A DNA stretch of 63,384 nucleotides, the filler included, from Theionarchaea archaeon (GTDB taxonomy: Archaea > Methanobacteriota_B > Thermococci > Methanofastidiosales > SZ-28-30), in NCBI GenBank assembly GCA_018992565.1. It is 5 parts of 5 records of this genome, joined end to end, with 100 filler letters (N's around TTAATTAATTAA, not from the genome) between each part and the next. Parts side by side here need not be neighbours in the genome. Positions count along the whole stretch, not along the records: positions 17,807 to 26,476 come from JACVGW010000098.1; positions 26,577 to 58,254 come from JACVGW010000019.1; 3 more parts are not named here. The stretch is one strand, 5' to 3'. The notes beneath the pieces are model-generated. The model worked only from the letters and a program-made list of their open reading frames with translations, searched no databases and had not been told where the DNA came from. The translations under genes were made by a program, and so were the position numbers. The stretch's first letter is position 1, and every line of letters begins with the position of its first letter. This document shows positions 21,019 through 30,917 of the stretch, in pieces.

Positions 21019-22826
21019 TAAACCACTCTCCACAAATATATGATCACCACTATAAGAGTGAATACCACCCAGAACACGTAGTTCTGCAGCAGTCCGCTGT
21101 GTTCAGATTTCAGGTACCTGTAAAATCGATCGAGCGGAGTTATGATGCCATAATAAAGGTTTGAACCCGAAATATTAACGTAGTAGTCTTCTTCACCACA
21201 GATATATATGTCATCTCTGGCACCAGCCTTTGCCTCTGGTTCGGGTGCCAGTGCTTTCCCCGTCCTCAAGGTCAAAACCACGAAGACCAGGAGAACCAGC
21301 AATACCAGTGATATCATAACAGGACTCCAGAAGGCATACTCAAGGTTCAGCCCAAGGTTATAGGCACCTACATCCACAGGGATACCCAGGACAGCAGAAG
21401 AGGCTTTCTCCACCAGGGTGAGAGGCAGCTGGGGGTAAATGCCAAACACAATACAGGTTACTGCAAGGATACCCATGGGGATCTTCATCAGGAGAGGAAC
21501 GTCTTTCACCTCTCTGTACTCCTCCTTGAGTTGACCCAGGAACACAGAATCCAGAGCCTTCAGGAATGAACTCAAGGTGCCCACACTGGCGAGGATTAAG
21601 ACTACTGTGAAGAAGTAGTACTCTTTCTGGTAGGTACCCACATAGAGCATCCACTTGCTGACGAACCCGTTAAAGGGAGGAACTCCTGAGATGGCCAGTG
21701 CCCCTATGAAAAAGCAGAATGTGGTAAAGGGCATTTTCTTGGAGAGTCCGCCCATCCTATCCAAGTCCCATGTACCAATCCGGTAAAAGACGGCCCCTGC
21801 ACACAGAAAGAGGAGCCCTTTGTACACTGCATTGTTCATCAAGTGGAACAGCCCTCCCGAAATTCCCAGAGGTGTAGCCAGGCCAATACCTGCCATGATA
21901 TAGCCCAACTGGGAGACTGCGTGATAGGACAGCAGCCGTTTGAAATCATGCTGCACAAGAGCCATCATGACGCCGATAAAGGCTGTTATTACACCGAAGG
22001 TGGCAATCATGGGGCTGGTAGCTTCCATAGCATCAAAGACGAAGTACAGGACACGGGCGAAAAGATAGACGCCTGCCACCTTGAAGGTCCCTGCCAGGAG
22101 CATACCTGTGGGAGTGGGAGCTGCAGGGTAGCTGTCAGCAGCCCAGAAATGCAGGGGTACAATTCCTGCCTTGAATCCGAATCCCACCACAAAGAAGGCC
22201 ATTGCAACAATGTCCACAGACGACATGGCGATCTTTGACATGAGGTCAACCATGTTCAATGTCTGGTACTGGGCATACAGCAGTGCGACGCCAAACAGGA
22301 TGAACGTGGATATCACGCCACCCAGTGTCAGTAATTTGAACCCTGCTTCTGCTGAATCCGATTTCCTGTGATACGCCACCAGAGCATAGGTGGAAACTGA
22401 CATGATCTCAAAGAAGACATACAGGTTGAACATGTCTCCTGTGAGGATGACGCCTGAAATTCCTGCAATCTGGAGGCAGAACAAGGTGTAAAATTTCCCT
22501 CTGCGAGCATCTTTCCTCATGTAGGGGACAGCATACACTGCAGAGAAGGTGGCCATCCCTGCTACGACGAGAGCTGCAAACAGAGACAGTGCGTCAACAT
22601 ACAGGGTAATACCATAGGGAGGGCTCCTGTTGCCCAGGGCATACACTATAGTATCGCCTGACAGAACGGGGGAAATCATGGTCAGTCCACATGCCAGGCT
22701 GCCCACAAATGCCAGGAAGGGTATGTAATCCCGCGCCCGTCCTGACACGAGACCCACAAGGGGTGTTATGAATGCTGCAGACAGAGGCAGCAGAACCATG
22801 AAGATAGGTGCATGTTCAGTAATCAT
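21018..22826 (-). CDS. mbhH: MrpD/NuoM-like antiporter subunit fused to an MbhI-like C-terminal module
   Basis: DMFNLYVFFEI, KAGIVPLHFW, DFKRLLSY and GVPPFNGFVSK; tail FWSP...IYICGEE...EHSGLLQNYV. Confidence 0.88.
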   Translation of the reverse strand: MITEHAPIFMVLLPLSAAFITPLVGLVSGRARDYIPFLAFVGSLACGLTMISPVLSGDTIVYALGNRSPPYGITLYVDALSLFAALVVAGMATFSAVYAVPYMRKDARRGKFYTLFCLQIAGISGVILTGDMFNLYVFFEIMSVSTYALVAYHRKSDSAEAGFKLLTLGGVISTFILFGVALLYAQYQTLNMVDLMSKIAMSSVDIVAMAFFVVGFGFKAGIVPLHFWAADSYPAAPTPTGMLLAGTFKVAGVYLFARVLYFVFDAMEATSPMIATFGVITAFIGVMMALVQHDFKRLLSYHAVSQLGYIMAGIGLATPLGISGGLFHLMNNAVYKGLLFLCAGAVFYRIGTWDLDRMGGLSKKMPFTTFCFFIGALAISGVPPFNGFVSKWMLYVGTYQKEYYFFTVVLILASVGTLSSFLKALDSVFLGQLKEEYREVKDVPLLMKIPMGILAVTCIVFGIYPQLPLTLVEKASSAVLGIPVDVGAYNLGLNLEYAFWSPVMISLVLLVLLVFVVLTLRTGKALAPEPEAKAGARDDIYICGEEDYYVNISGSNLYYGIITPLDRFYRYLKSEHSGLLQNYVFWVVFTLIVVIIYLWRVV

Positions 22827-23173
22827 TCTCTCAACCCCCTGATCTCTGTAATATCCAGGGTGCCATAATGGCGGTACAGGACAATCGCGATACTCAGAGC
22901 AAGAGCAGTGACACTGAGTCCGATGACGATGCTGGTCAGCACCAGCGCCTGGGGCAGAGGATCCACCATAACCACTGTCTCTGAGGTGATATCAGGCAGA
23001 ACCTCAATAGGAGGCGATCCACCCTGAACGTACCCTGTGGCAATAAGGAAGTATTGAACAGCATAATCCATCAGACTCAATCCTACGACAATTTTGATCA
23101 GATTCTTCTTCACCATGACTGCGTACAATCCAATGGCAAACACAGCGACGCAGACAATATAATCGACATTCAT
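22823..23173 (-). CDS. mbhG: MrpC-like subunit
   Basis: KKNLIKIVVG and DPLPQALVLTSIVIG. Confidence 0.9.
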   Translation of the reverse strand: MNVDYIVCVAVFAIGLYAVMVKKNLIKIVVGLSLMDYAVQYFLIATGYVQGGSPPIEVLPDITSETVVMVDPLPQALVLTSIVIGLSVTALALSIAIVLYRHYGTLDITEIRGLRE

Positions 23174-23598
23174 GGGGGGCTCCTCCTCATGTTGTTAAAT
23201 ATGGCTGTCAGCTCTGTTCCCACCTTTATACCAATTGCTACGTAGATTGGACCCAGAATACCTGCACTGAGCAGAGTACCTGGCGTTCCAAGTGAAACAG
23301 CATTCCACAAAAAGTTGCCTCCTTTCACTATGCCAATACACCCGAGGCCAATGAAGCAGAGGGCTGCCACACTTTCCAGGGCAGTCATCAATGATTCCGG
23401 GATTTTCAACGTACCAACACCCAGATAGAGCAGGATGATACTGGAGGCAATGATAGTACCTCCCTGAAACCCACCTCCAGGTGTCAGATGGCCGTGGACG
23501 AAGATATACACCCCGTACACAAAGGCCAGGGGGAAAACCATGCGGGCTATACTCTTTACAATAACACTGGGTTCACGAGGATCGTCATTCTTCTCCAT
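23170..23598 (-). CDS. mbhF: MrpB-like subunit
   Basis: HGHLTPGGGFQGG. Confidence 0.9.
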   Translation of the reverse strand: MEKNDDPREPSVIVKSIARMVFPLAFVYGVYIFVHGHLTPGGGFQGGTIIASSIILLYLGVGTLKIPESLMTALESVAALCFIGLGCIGIVKGGNFLWNAVSLGTPGTLLSAGILGPIYVAIGIKVGTELTAIFNNMRRSPP

Positions 23599-23866
23599 CG
23601 TTCTCCCTCCTTTTTTTCCAGAATAATGCTGCCACTCCTGTGGTGGCAGTAAAGAGAACAGTGACCTCTCCCAGGGTATCATACCCTCTATAGTCCAGCA
23701 CAATGTTGGTCACCAGGTTGGTAGCACCTGCCTCTTCAACACCTTCTTTGAGGTAGTGTTCTCCAACCCCAATAGAGTGGTCTCCGAATTCGTTGACATT
23801 GGTGACAGTGAAAACCAAAACGGAAATGAGCAATCCCAGGAGGAGGTAGGTCAGTGCGCGTTTCAT
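23585..23866 (-). CDS. mbhE: MbhE-like subunit
   Basis: GATNLVTNIVLDYRGYDTLGEVTVLF. Confidence 0.88.
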   Translation of the reverse strand: MKRALTYLLLGLLISVLVFTVTNVNEFGDHSIGVGEHYLKEGVEEAGATNLVTNIVLDYRGYDTLGEVTVLFTATTGVAALFWKKRRENDGEE

Positions 23867-24099
23867 TCTCCCGACCTCCGGGTATGGTTAATAGCCAGGA
23901 GCAGGATGAATGTGGATAGAGCTGCCCCAATGGCAACTTCTGTCATGGCTACATCTGGAGCTTGCAACTGGTAAAAGAGCAGGGCCAGGCACAGGCTGCA
24001 CATGCCCAGAGAGACAGCTGTATATATCAGGTCTTTGAACTCCACAGCCATCAGTGCACTGGCAACAAATACCACCAGCAGGATGAGATGTGAGATCAT
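23863..24099 (-). CDS. mbhD: MbhD-like subunit (DUF4040-like)
   Basis: LQAPDVAMTEVAIGA. Confidence 0.88.
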   Translation of the reverse strand: MISHLILLVVFVASALMAVEFKDLIYTAVSLGMCSLCLALLFYQLQAPDVAMTEVAIGAALSTFILLLAINHTRRSGE

Positions 24100-24422
24100 T
24101 CAAATTCCTCCTTGAAAGCATCATAACTTCCAATTTTCATCCGGGTTCCTGATCTGTATGCAGCCCTGGCTATGGCGTGGGCAGAGGTCGGGTTACCCAG
24201 GACGATGAAAACAATGATGAGAATAGCCTTGATTGCCACCTCTCCCTGCATGAGAAGTGCCACACCCAGAAGAGTGCACATGGCACCCAGTGTCGTACAC
24301 TTGGTAGCTGCATGCATACGGGTGAACATATCAGGAAGTCGAAGCAATCCAATGGCACCTACTAGGAGAAAGAAGGTGCCTATTGTGATGAGAACATCTG
24401 CTATGAACGTCACTCCTGTCAT
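24096..24422 (-). CDS. mbhC: MrpG-like subunit
   Basis: GLLRLPDMFTRMHAATK and PTSAHAIARAA. Confidence 0.9.
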   Translation of the reverse strand: MTGVTFIADVLITIGTFFLLVGAIGLLRLPDMFTRMHAATKCTTLGAMCTLLGVALLMQGEVAIKAILIIVFIVLGNPTSAHAIARAAYRSGTRMKIGSYDAFKEEFE

Positions 24423-24682
24423 AGTCCTCCCTCCAAATATCGCGCTATGGCAATAACAGCGATGAAACTCAGCAATGCGTAGATAATTGCTACATCTATC
24501 AACCATGTTCTATTATAAATAACACCCAGAATAACCAGGAGAGCAGTCGTGATAGTAGTAGCAGCATCCAGAGCGACAACCCGGTCCCCTGCTGTAGGAC
24601 CTTTGACAACCCTCAAAAACGAGAGCAAGAACGCAAAGGTAATGACAGACACTACAGCCTGTAGAAAAGAAAATTCCATCAT
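24419..24682 (-). CDS. mbhB: MrpF-like subunit
   Basis: RVVKGPTAGDRVVALD. Confidence 0.9.
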   Translation of the reverse strand: MMEFSFLQAVVSVITFAFLLSFLRVVKGPTAGDRVVALDAATTITTALLVILGVIYNRTWLIDVAIIYALLSFIAVIAIARYLEGGL

Positions 24683-25170
24683 GGAAACACCTTGTTCAAG
24701 AATCTCATGAACCGGCCAGTAATAATCTCGGCAGCTTCCTGCGGCTCACGGGTCTGAATGTTCAGCCAGTGCACATAAAAATTGTCTCCCAGAACGTCCA
24801 GCGTAAGGGTTCCTGGCGTTAATGTTATTGAATTTGCCAGGAGCGTCTTTCCATAGTCTGACTGCAGAGACACTGGCACCCTGACAATTCCTGGGTTGAT
24901 AGGCATTTTCGGATGGAGTACCCGGTAGGCCACATCCAGATTGGACTTGATAATCTCCCAGAGGAGAGCAGGGATATACACCACAAAGTAGAACACTCTC
25001 CTGGGGTGAAGACTGACAGCAGGAAACAGGTTCCTGGACAGGACTGCCACTATGAGGGCAGCAAGTACTCCCACCAGAAGAGGAGGATACCCTTGCTCCT
25101 GTATTTCAGACCAGGTCAGAAGGACCCACAGAACTACTGTAGCAAAGAACGCAGAGAGACATTGCCGCAT
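24679..25170 (-). CDS. mbhA: MrpE-like subunit
   Basis: SNLDVAYRVL...PGIV and LANSITLTPGT. Confidence 0.9.
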   Translation of the reverse strand: MRQCLSAFFATVVLWVLLTWSEIQEQGYPPLLVGVLAALIVAVLSRNLFPAVSLHPRRVFYFVVYIPALLWEIIKSNLDVAYRVLHPKMPINPGIVRVPVSLQSDYGKTLLANSITLTPGTLTLDVLGDNFYVHWLNIQTREPQEAAEIITGRFMRFLNKVFP

Positions 25171-25174
25171 GGTT

Positions 25175-26353
25175 TCACCTCAAAACGTCTACCACTTTAG
25201 CGGAATCCTTTTCCACCCGTATCCCCACGTCAGCCAGTTGATTCCGCACTGAAGGGGTAACAAAGGGCATTGTCCCCAGGACAACGGGGATATCCTGTGA
25301 AGCCAGTGCAAAAGCTGCTGTCAGCATCCTTGGGTCTCTCCACCTGGGCATGAGGACAGTAAGGGCCTTCATGCCAAGGAGCTTTGCGGGTTCGCAACAT
25401 CCTGCATTTATGACACAGGGAAATTGAAATTCGCTCATCAAGGTGCATTGGTGGTCAGGATGTTCCAAGAGGTCACAGGTCAGATTCAACACCATGAATT
25501 TCTGGCTGACCAGCTGGTGGGCAATTGCATCAAGATCCCATGTGCTCTTCCCAGAAGCGCACCCCATGATTGCTACAACCCCTGTAATGAGACCAGAGTC
25601 CACTGCACGAGTAAGTGCGTCACTGTCCACGGGGTATCCAACTGCTACACGCCGGGGAGTGACTTTTCTGAAGGATGCCTGATCTCTCTTTGAGAAATTC
25701 TCTATCGCAGTCTCGCAGGCAGCAGTCACATCTCCACCCTGGTATACGTAATCTATCATGTCGCCAGCTTCTTCCAGGACGTCAATTCCACCCAGAAAGG
25801 GGATACCAAAGGTTGAAGCAGCTTCTGCTCCTTCACACAAAGCACCCACCAGGTTGATCCCCCTGGCAGTACGTTCTCTGGCCAGATCTCTCATTTTCTG
25901 ACTTCTGGCCTGCTTTATCATGTCTGGAGCATAGACGGTGGTAACGAGATTGACCGCGTCTTTCTGTAATACTCCCATACCGACCTCAATGTCGCGGGGC
26001 TTTTTCTGGTCGGAATGCCATTGGTTGACCAGAGTCTGCGAAGGCTCGAGTATGGAAGCACTGGCTTTCACCAGATCCTCAACAGTAATCCCTGCACCAT
26101 GAGTGTAGATCATTCTGTCAAGCGAAAGAGGTAAAGAGGTTCCCACCCCGTAGTCAGTCAATCCCTTGAGAACATGCAGTCCCAGGTTCACCATATTCAT
26201 ACTCTCCGCATCAATTCCACAGGCCCCTGCATGGGGCTCTTCATCAAAAGGGTTTATGATACATGGCCCTAAGTCACAGTACGTGCACATCATGCCGGCA
26301 GAAGCCAGTTCATTCTGGGGCATCTGAGCTTGTAATCGATCCATTATTTTCAT
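25175..26353 (-). CDS. Shortened, divergent CooS/HCP (CODH-fold) Fe-S protein
   Basis: B-cluster CTYCDLGPC...GACG, GINLVGALC and GVVAIMGC blocks are collinear with CooS, but it is only 392 aa. Confidence 0.75.
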   Translation of the reverse strand: MKIMDRLQAQMPQNELASAGMMCTYCDLGPCIINPFDEEPHAGACGIDAESMNMVNLGLHVLKGLTDYGVGTSLPLSLDRMIYTHGAGITVEDLVKASASILEPSQTLVNQWHSDQKKPRDIEVGMGVLQKDAVNLVTTVYAPDMIKQARSQKMRDLARERTARGINLVGALCEGAEAASTFGIPFLGGIDVLEEAGDMIDYVYQGGDVTAACETAIENFSKRDQASFRKVTPRRVAVGYPVDSDALTRAVDSGLITGVVAIMGCASGKSTWDLDAIAHQLVSQKFMVLNLTCDLLEHPDHQCTLMSEFQFPCVINAGCCEPAKLLGMKALTVLMPRWRDPRMLTAAFALASQDIPVVLGTMPFVTPSVRNQLADVGIRVEKDSAKVVDVLR

Positions 26354-26476
26354 GCCTTTCCTCTCCTCTCTTTCATAATCTGTGAAAACTCACCATATAC
26401 GAGAGCATTGGTGGGGCAGGCAACGACACATGCAGGTCCTCCCATATTCCTGCATAGATCACACTTCACCATAATC
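26310..26476 (-). CDS. CooF/HycB-like 4Fe-4S protein, C-terminal part (absent from the ORF track; 5' end cut)
   Basis: Manual translation IMVKCDLCRNMGGPACVVACPTNALVYGE...PE* overlaps the start of the CooS-like gene. Confidence 0.8.
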
Positions 26477-26520
26477 NNNNNNNNNNNNNNNNNNNNNNNN
26501 NNNNNNNNNNNNNNNNNNNN

Positions 26521-26532
26521 TTAATTAATTAA
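26521..26532. other. Artificial scaffold linker
   Basis: TTAATTAATTAA inside an N run. Confidence 0.97.
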
Positions 26533-26576
26533 NNNNNNNNNNNNNNNNNNNNNNNNNNNNNNNNNNNNNNNNNNNN

Positions 26577-26863
26577 TTGAAACTCTGGAAGACGTCAGAA
26601 GAACCTTCGAAGTGGCAGCAGAACTTGACACTCCCAATGTGGCTTTCCACATTTTTACACCCTATATTGGAACTCAGGCTTTTGCATCCCCTGAGGCATT
26701 CGGGTTGACCATTTTGTCTGACAACCCCGAGGACTTTGATAAGAACAAGGAACCAGTGGTAAAAACGCAATATTTGACCTCAGAGCAAATCATGGACTTG
26801 TATTGTGAGAGTTTTGGTATATCTTTGAGAAAGGGACGTCAAAGAGTGTGGAGGACACGCTAG
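26577..26863 (+). CDS. B12-binding-type radical SAM protein, C-terminal part
   Basis: ETLEDVRRTFEVAAEL...FHIFTPYIGT...PEAFGL is typical of class B rSAM C-termini. Confidence 0.65.
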
Positions 26864-26958
26864 GGAGAATTTCTTGAAAAAAAGAAACAAGCGGTGCTGC
26901 TTTCAATCGAGGTGCAGATACACAATTTTGTCAGGATAAAAGGTAGAACGATTTAAAA

Positions 26959-27216
26959 TCAATTTCTTTCTAGGTATGATTCCCGAGAATGGAAGAGAAC
27001 TGCTGCATGGTTACAGCTCTTGATAATTTTCTGAGTCTTCACATCATAGATGCAGCAAAGCACGTTCCCCTTGAGTTCTGAAAGGGCTGTACTCATGAGG
27101 ACCATCAATGAATTTCCCACCCCCACGATAAAAGGAGTGGTAGGGAGATAAGAGAAGAGTCTTCTTACTGTCTGTTCGTAATCAGTGGAGAACAAGAACC
27201 AGGAGGTCAGATCCAC
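26959..27216 (-). CDS. Hypothetical protein, possibly a C-terminal remnant
   Basis: Protein-like 85-aa ORF with no convincing start or SD. Confidence 0.3.
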   Translation of the reverse strand: MDLTSWFLFSTDYEQTVRRLFSYLPTTPFIVGVGNSLMVLMSTALSELKGNVLCCIYDVKTQKIIKSCNHAAVLFHSRESYLERN

Positions 27217-27454
27217 AGGGTGTCTTTCGGGTAAGACCCTAGGGATTTTGTAGGATTGTATGAAGTTAATTGCACAGACAGAGATGATGATATCCGTAGC
27301 ATCTTTAATTTGGAGTTGAAGAGGGGTATTGAAGAGAATGTACCTAACGTGATACAGTGTTATGCCTGCAATGTCAGCTTCGAGCCAAAGACTTCCAAAG
27401 ATTTAAATATCCACTTCAAGAGACACACTACACCAGTCCATCAAGATTGAGAAG

Positions 27455-28180
27455 GTGGTATCTATAGACATACAGAAAAGAGTTGCTATTGTAACAGGAG
27501 CTTCTTCAGGAATTGGTCTTGCCACTGCGAGGCTTCTCACAGCAAAAGGTGCACGAGTTGCTCTCGTTTCCAGGTCAAAAGACACCCTTGAAAGAATTTC
27601 AAAAGAATTACCCAGTTCTCTGGCACTACCTGCTGATATTACAAAGGAAAACACTATCAGAAGAATGGTTGAACAGACAAAAGAGCATTTCGGAAGAATT
27701 GACATTCTCATAAACAATGCAGGGCAAGGATATGACGCACCCATAGAAAAGACCAATATCACCACATTCAGGTATATCTTTGAACTGGACGTCGTGGGCC
27801 AGCTCATTGCCATGCAGGAGGTGATACCCATCATGAGGTCTCAAGGAGGAGGCTCCATAATGAATGTCAGTTCGGGCACTGCTTTGATGTATTTGCCCAC
27901 TATGGGTGCATATTCATCTGCAAAACGGGCGCTGGTAGGTATCAGCCTTACTGCAAGAGAAGAGTTGAAGAGGGACAATATTGTGGTCAGTGTAGTGTAT
28001 CCATATATAACGCTCACCAATTTCCAGGAAAATACGATGACAGATTCTGTTGGCGAGTGGGAAGGAGGCGGCAGTTATCATCCAGCAGACACGGCAGAAT
28101 ACGTAGCCCAGAAAATCCTCGAAGGCGTAGAGAGTGGAGAAGCTGAAATTTTTGCACATGACTGGATGAGAGAATTGTGA
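27455..28180 (+). CDS. Short-chain dehydrogenase/reductase
   Basis: TGASSGIG, NNAG, NVSS and YSSAK motifs. Confidence 0.93.
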   Translation: MVSIDIQKRVAIVTGASSGIGLATARLLTAKGARVALVSRSKDTLERISKELPSSLALPADITKENTIRRMVEQTKEHFGRIDILINNAGQGYDAPIEKTNITTFRYIFELDVVGQLIAMQEVIPIMRSQGGGSIMNVSSGTALMYLPTMGAYSSAKRALVGISLTAREELKRDNIVVSVVYPYITLTNFQENTMTDSVGEWEGGGSYHPADTAEYVAQKILEGVESGEAEIFAHDWMREL

Positions 28181-28343
28181 CTTCCACGTAGAATCAGCAG
28201 ACTGCCACGGAGTAGAGCATCAGAGGTTCGACTATGAGTGTTCAGCAGGAACAGTCTTTCTTGTTGAAATCTTTTTCATAATCAGGGTATTCAAGCTTTT
28301 ACAGTCTATGCAAGAACAAAAAACAAAGAAAAGAAAAAAAAGA

Positions 28344-30917
28344 CTATTGCAGAATCTTCTGGAAAAGCTCATATTCAAGGTTATAAATCTCCATGGTAAT
28401 CTCTTTCTGATCCTCACTCAAATTGTCAGGATCTGTCCCATTGTACCCCATGTAGCCTGGCTGACCATTGAATCCATCTCTAAACACAGTGGAAACGGTA
28501 CAGAGCACGAAGTAGCCACGTCCATATTTGACCTTCGCCAGTATAACCCTGTCGCCCACAGTCTTTACTGCCTCCCCGCCTTTAATCGAGGGGCCCCAGG
28601 GGACAAGAGGACCTTCTTCTTCAGCATCCTCCGGTTTCGCAATCTCCTCAATGTCCAGCCCGAATTCTGCAATGAGGTTCAATCCAAGAACCCGGGCCTG
28701 GTCCACCATCATCAACACGTGTCCGCCTCTTTCCAGGTGGTTCTTCAACACCTCAATGTCCTCATGAGAGAAATTCTCCTCCACAGGATCCGCAATGACC
28801 ACAATCTTCCCTTTTTCTGTGCAGTCTTCCAGAGAGCACTCAATGGAAGGGACCAACCCCACTCTCTGGGTCCATATGAGAAACACAGTATAGTCTCCCT
28901 GGGAAGTTCCACTGTTGACAATTTCTGAAGAGTGGCTCCCATCAAAGCAAACTGTGTCTTCCCAGTTGTAGAACTTTGGTGGTATTCCCTGGTACAGGTC
29001 TGGGTTACATACAGCAAAACACAAACTGCTGCCCAGTCCAACCATACACACCACCAGCATCAGAGCACCAAGTCGCTTTTTCCTTTCAATCCCGGAAAAG
29101 ACGTACATTCCAGCAGCCATCACCACAATTCCTGCTGTCAGGAATAGAGTCCGCATGAAGGGAATTTCATTCTTGTGGTTCAGCCACTCCATACTCCCAA
29201 TAACCAGTTGATCTGATCCACCAAAGAATATCCTGAAGTTGGATATAGTAGTACTGTCAGCAAAAGCTACCACCCGTCCTTTTCCATACTCTACAGCCAC
29301 ACATTGATGGAAGATGCCCCAATCCCGGTCTGTGGCCAGGACTGGCAAGTCTCTTCGTGTCTCTCTGAAGAACCCGGTAGATGCGTATTCTCCTGGCTCA
29401 GCACTCAACCCATACCCGGGGATAACCCGTCCCACAGTCAGAGGAGCGGAAATGCTGCATGAGGTCAGAAAATCATACTTCGGCATGTATTTGGCGCAGG
29501 GATGTGCAATGTCACCTCTCTCATACACGGAGAGCCTTCCTTCTGAATTGTTGACACTGTCAAACACGAATTCAATTCCGAAATGCCTGGTAATCTCGTT
29601 AAGGGAAGTACTGGTTCCAGCAAAATTACTGTGATCCCCGACAACAAAGAGGCCTCCACCATTCTTGACGAAGTTCACAATTGCAGTGACCTCATTCTGG
29701 CTGTACATATTGGGGGTCTTCAGGATGAGGATATCATAGTTGTTCAACATGTCAGCTGTTATCTCATCACTGACGACATCTGGTGTAGCCTTGGTTATGG
29801 TTTCAGCAGGATTCCAGGTGACAAACGCATTGTTCATTACCCGATCCACCTCATACGTCACCTTCAACCATTCAATCATGGAGTATGCATTGTAGGTGGA
29901 TTCTGTCCCGTACCAGTGCGTGTCCATGACGAGAGATGAAGGCTCCCAGGTCGAATGAATCTCGTCCACCAGGACCCTCCCCTGCTTCTCACCCCCTGTG
30001 GGTTGTGCCATTATAGTCCCCGTCAGGAGAAGTGCACCCACCAGAACCGTCAGACACACAATGGTATTCACTTTCTCAAGGCCCATTCGCGGAAATTCTA
30101 CGGTCAGCTCCCACCGATATAAGAGGAGTATCACGACTACCAGAGGGACAAAAGTCCAGAATAGCCACCATGGACTGAAAAAGATGTTGGCGAATTTTGT
30201 TAGAGCATCCGTTCCCAGGTCACCTGCAAAATAGTACTCCAGAAGTACCACATACCTGAACAGCATGTACACAGCACTCAGGCCAACAATCCCCAGAGCA
30301 CGTTGTCCTGCCTGTTCCAGTGTCTCAGATTTCAGCAACAGGAATATGAGGACAGGCACAAGGATGAGAAGCAAAGGATACATTCCCAGAGTATCCCAGG
30401 TAGTGGGGAAGGGATAGACATCACCTGCTTCCTGTATGTAGACAGTTCCTCTCTCAAAGGCTGCAGGGATCCCCATCAGCCTGACAAAAGGATAGACAAT
30501 GTACGACATGACTCCTGCAGCATGGCCTGACGGTATCACTATCATGTATATGCCCATGACAGCTGCCTGCATCCCCATGATGAGGCCACTCACTGTAAAC
30601 CCAAGCCACATATACCAGGTGGGCCGAACCAACAGCAGGAAGAACCCAATACTCAGCAGGATAAATCCAGTATTATACGGGAAGGGAATGAAGACTGCTG
30701 CACATAGACTGGGAAGGATTAAGACTCCCCATTTTCGTTCTGGCTGATACTCGTGTCCCCTGTACAGAAGAACACCTGATACCACTGTGATAATCAAGGC
30801 AATGGCAGCGGGGATTACAGCACTCTCACCCTTGAATATGGTGAGAAGCCACAGCCAGAACGCTGTTGAAGATAGCAGTACTACTCCTGTTATCCAGTGT
30901 TGCACTTCTTGGTTCAT
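28344..30917 (-). CDS. Large membrane protein: multi-TM region with an archaeosortase-like segment plus two GATase-like (GIFT/DUF4350-type) domains
   Basis: About 10 TM segments, then VLVDEIH...FVKNGGGLFVVGDH...YGKGRVVAFADS, two more TM, and FDGSH...LERGGHVL...YGRG. Confidence 0.7.
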   Translation of the reverse strand: MNQEVQHWITGVVLLSSTAFWLWLLTIFKGESAVIPAAIALIITVVSGVLLYRGHEYQPERKWGVLILPSLCAAVFIPFPYNTGFILLSIGFFLLLVRPTWYMWLGFTVSGLIMGMQAAVMGIYMIVIPSGHAAGVMSYIVYPFVRLMGIPAAFERGTVYIQEAGDVYPFPTTWDTLGMYPLLLILVPVLIFLLLKSETLEQAGQRALGIVGLSAVYMLFRYVVLLEYYFAGDLGTDALTKFANIFFSPWWLFWTFVPLVVVILLLYRWELTVEFPRMGLEKVNTIVCLTVLVGALLLTGTIMAQPTGGEKQGRVLVDEIHSTWEPSSLVMDTHWYGTESTYNAYSMIEWLKVTYEVDRVMNNAFVTWNPAETITKATPDVVSDEITADMLNNYDILILKTPNMYSQNEVTAIVNFVKNGGGLFVVGDHSNFAGTSTSLNEITRHFGIEFVFDSVNNSEGRLSVYERGDIAHPCAKYMPKYDFLTSCSISAPLTVGRVIPGYGLSAEPGEYASTGFFRETRRDLPVLATDRDWGIFHQCVAVEYGKGRVVAFADSTTISNFRIFFGGSDQLVIGSMEWLNHKNEIPFMRTLFLTAGIVVMAAGMYVFSGIERKKRLGALMLVVCMVGLGSSLCFAVCNPDLYQGIPPKFYNWEDTVCFDGSHSSEIVNSGTSQGDYTVFLIWTQRVGLVPSIECSLEDCTEKGKIVVIADPVEENFSHEDIEVLKNHLERGGHVLMMVDQARVLGLNLIAEFGLDIEEIAKPEDAEEEGPLVPWGPSIKGGEAVKTVGDRVILAKVKYGRGYFVLCTVSTVFRDGFNGQPGYMGYNGTDPDNLSEDQKEITMEIYNLEYELFQKILQ

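Noticed and set aside
28308..28928. Long antisense ORFs (also 2271-2813, 12385-12984, 30945-31493)
   Set aside because: They are shadows of well-supported genes on the opposite strand.
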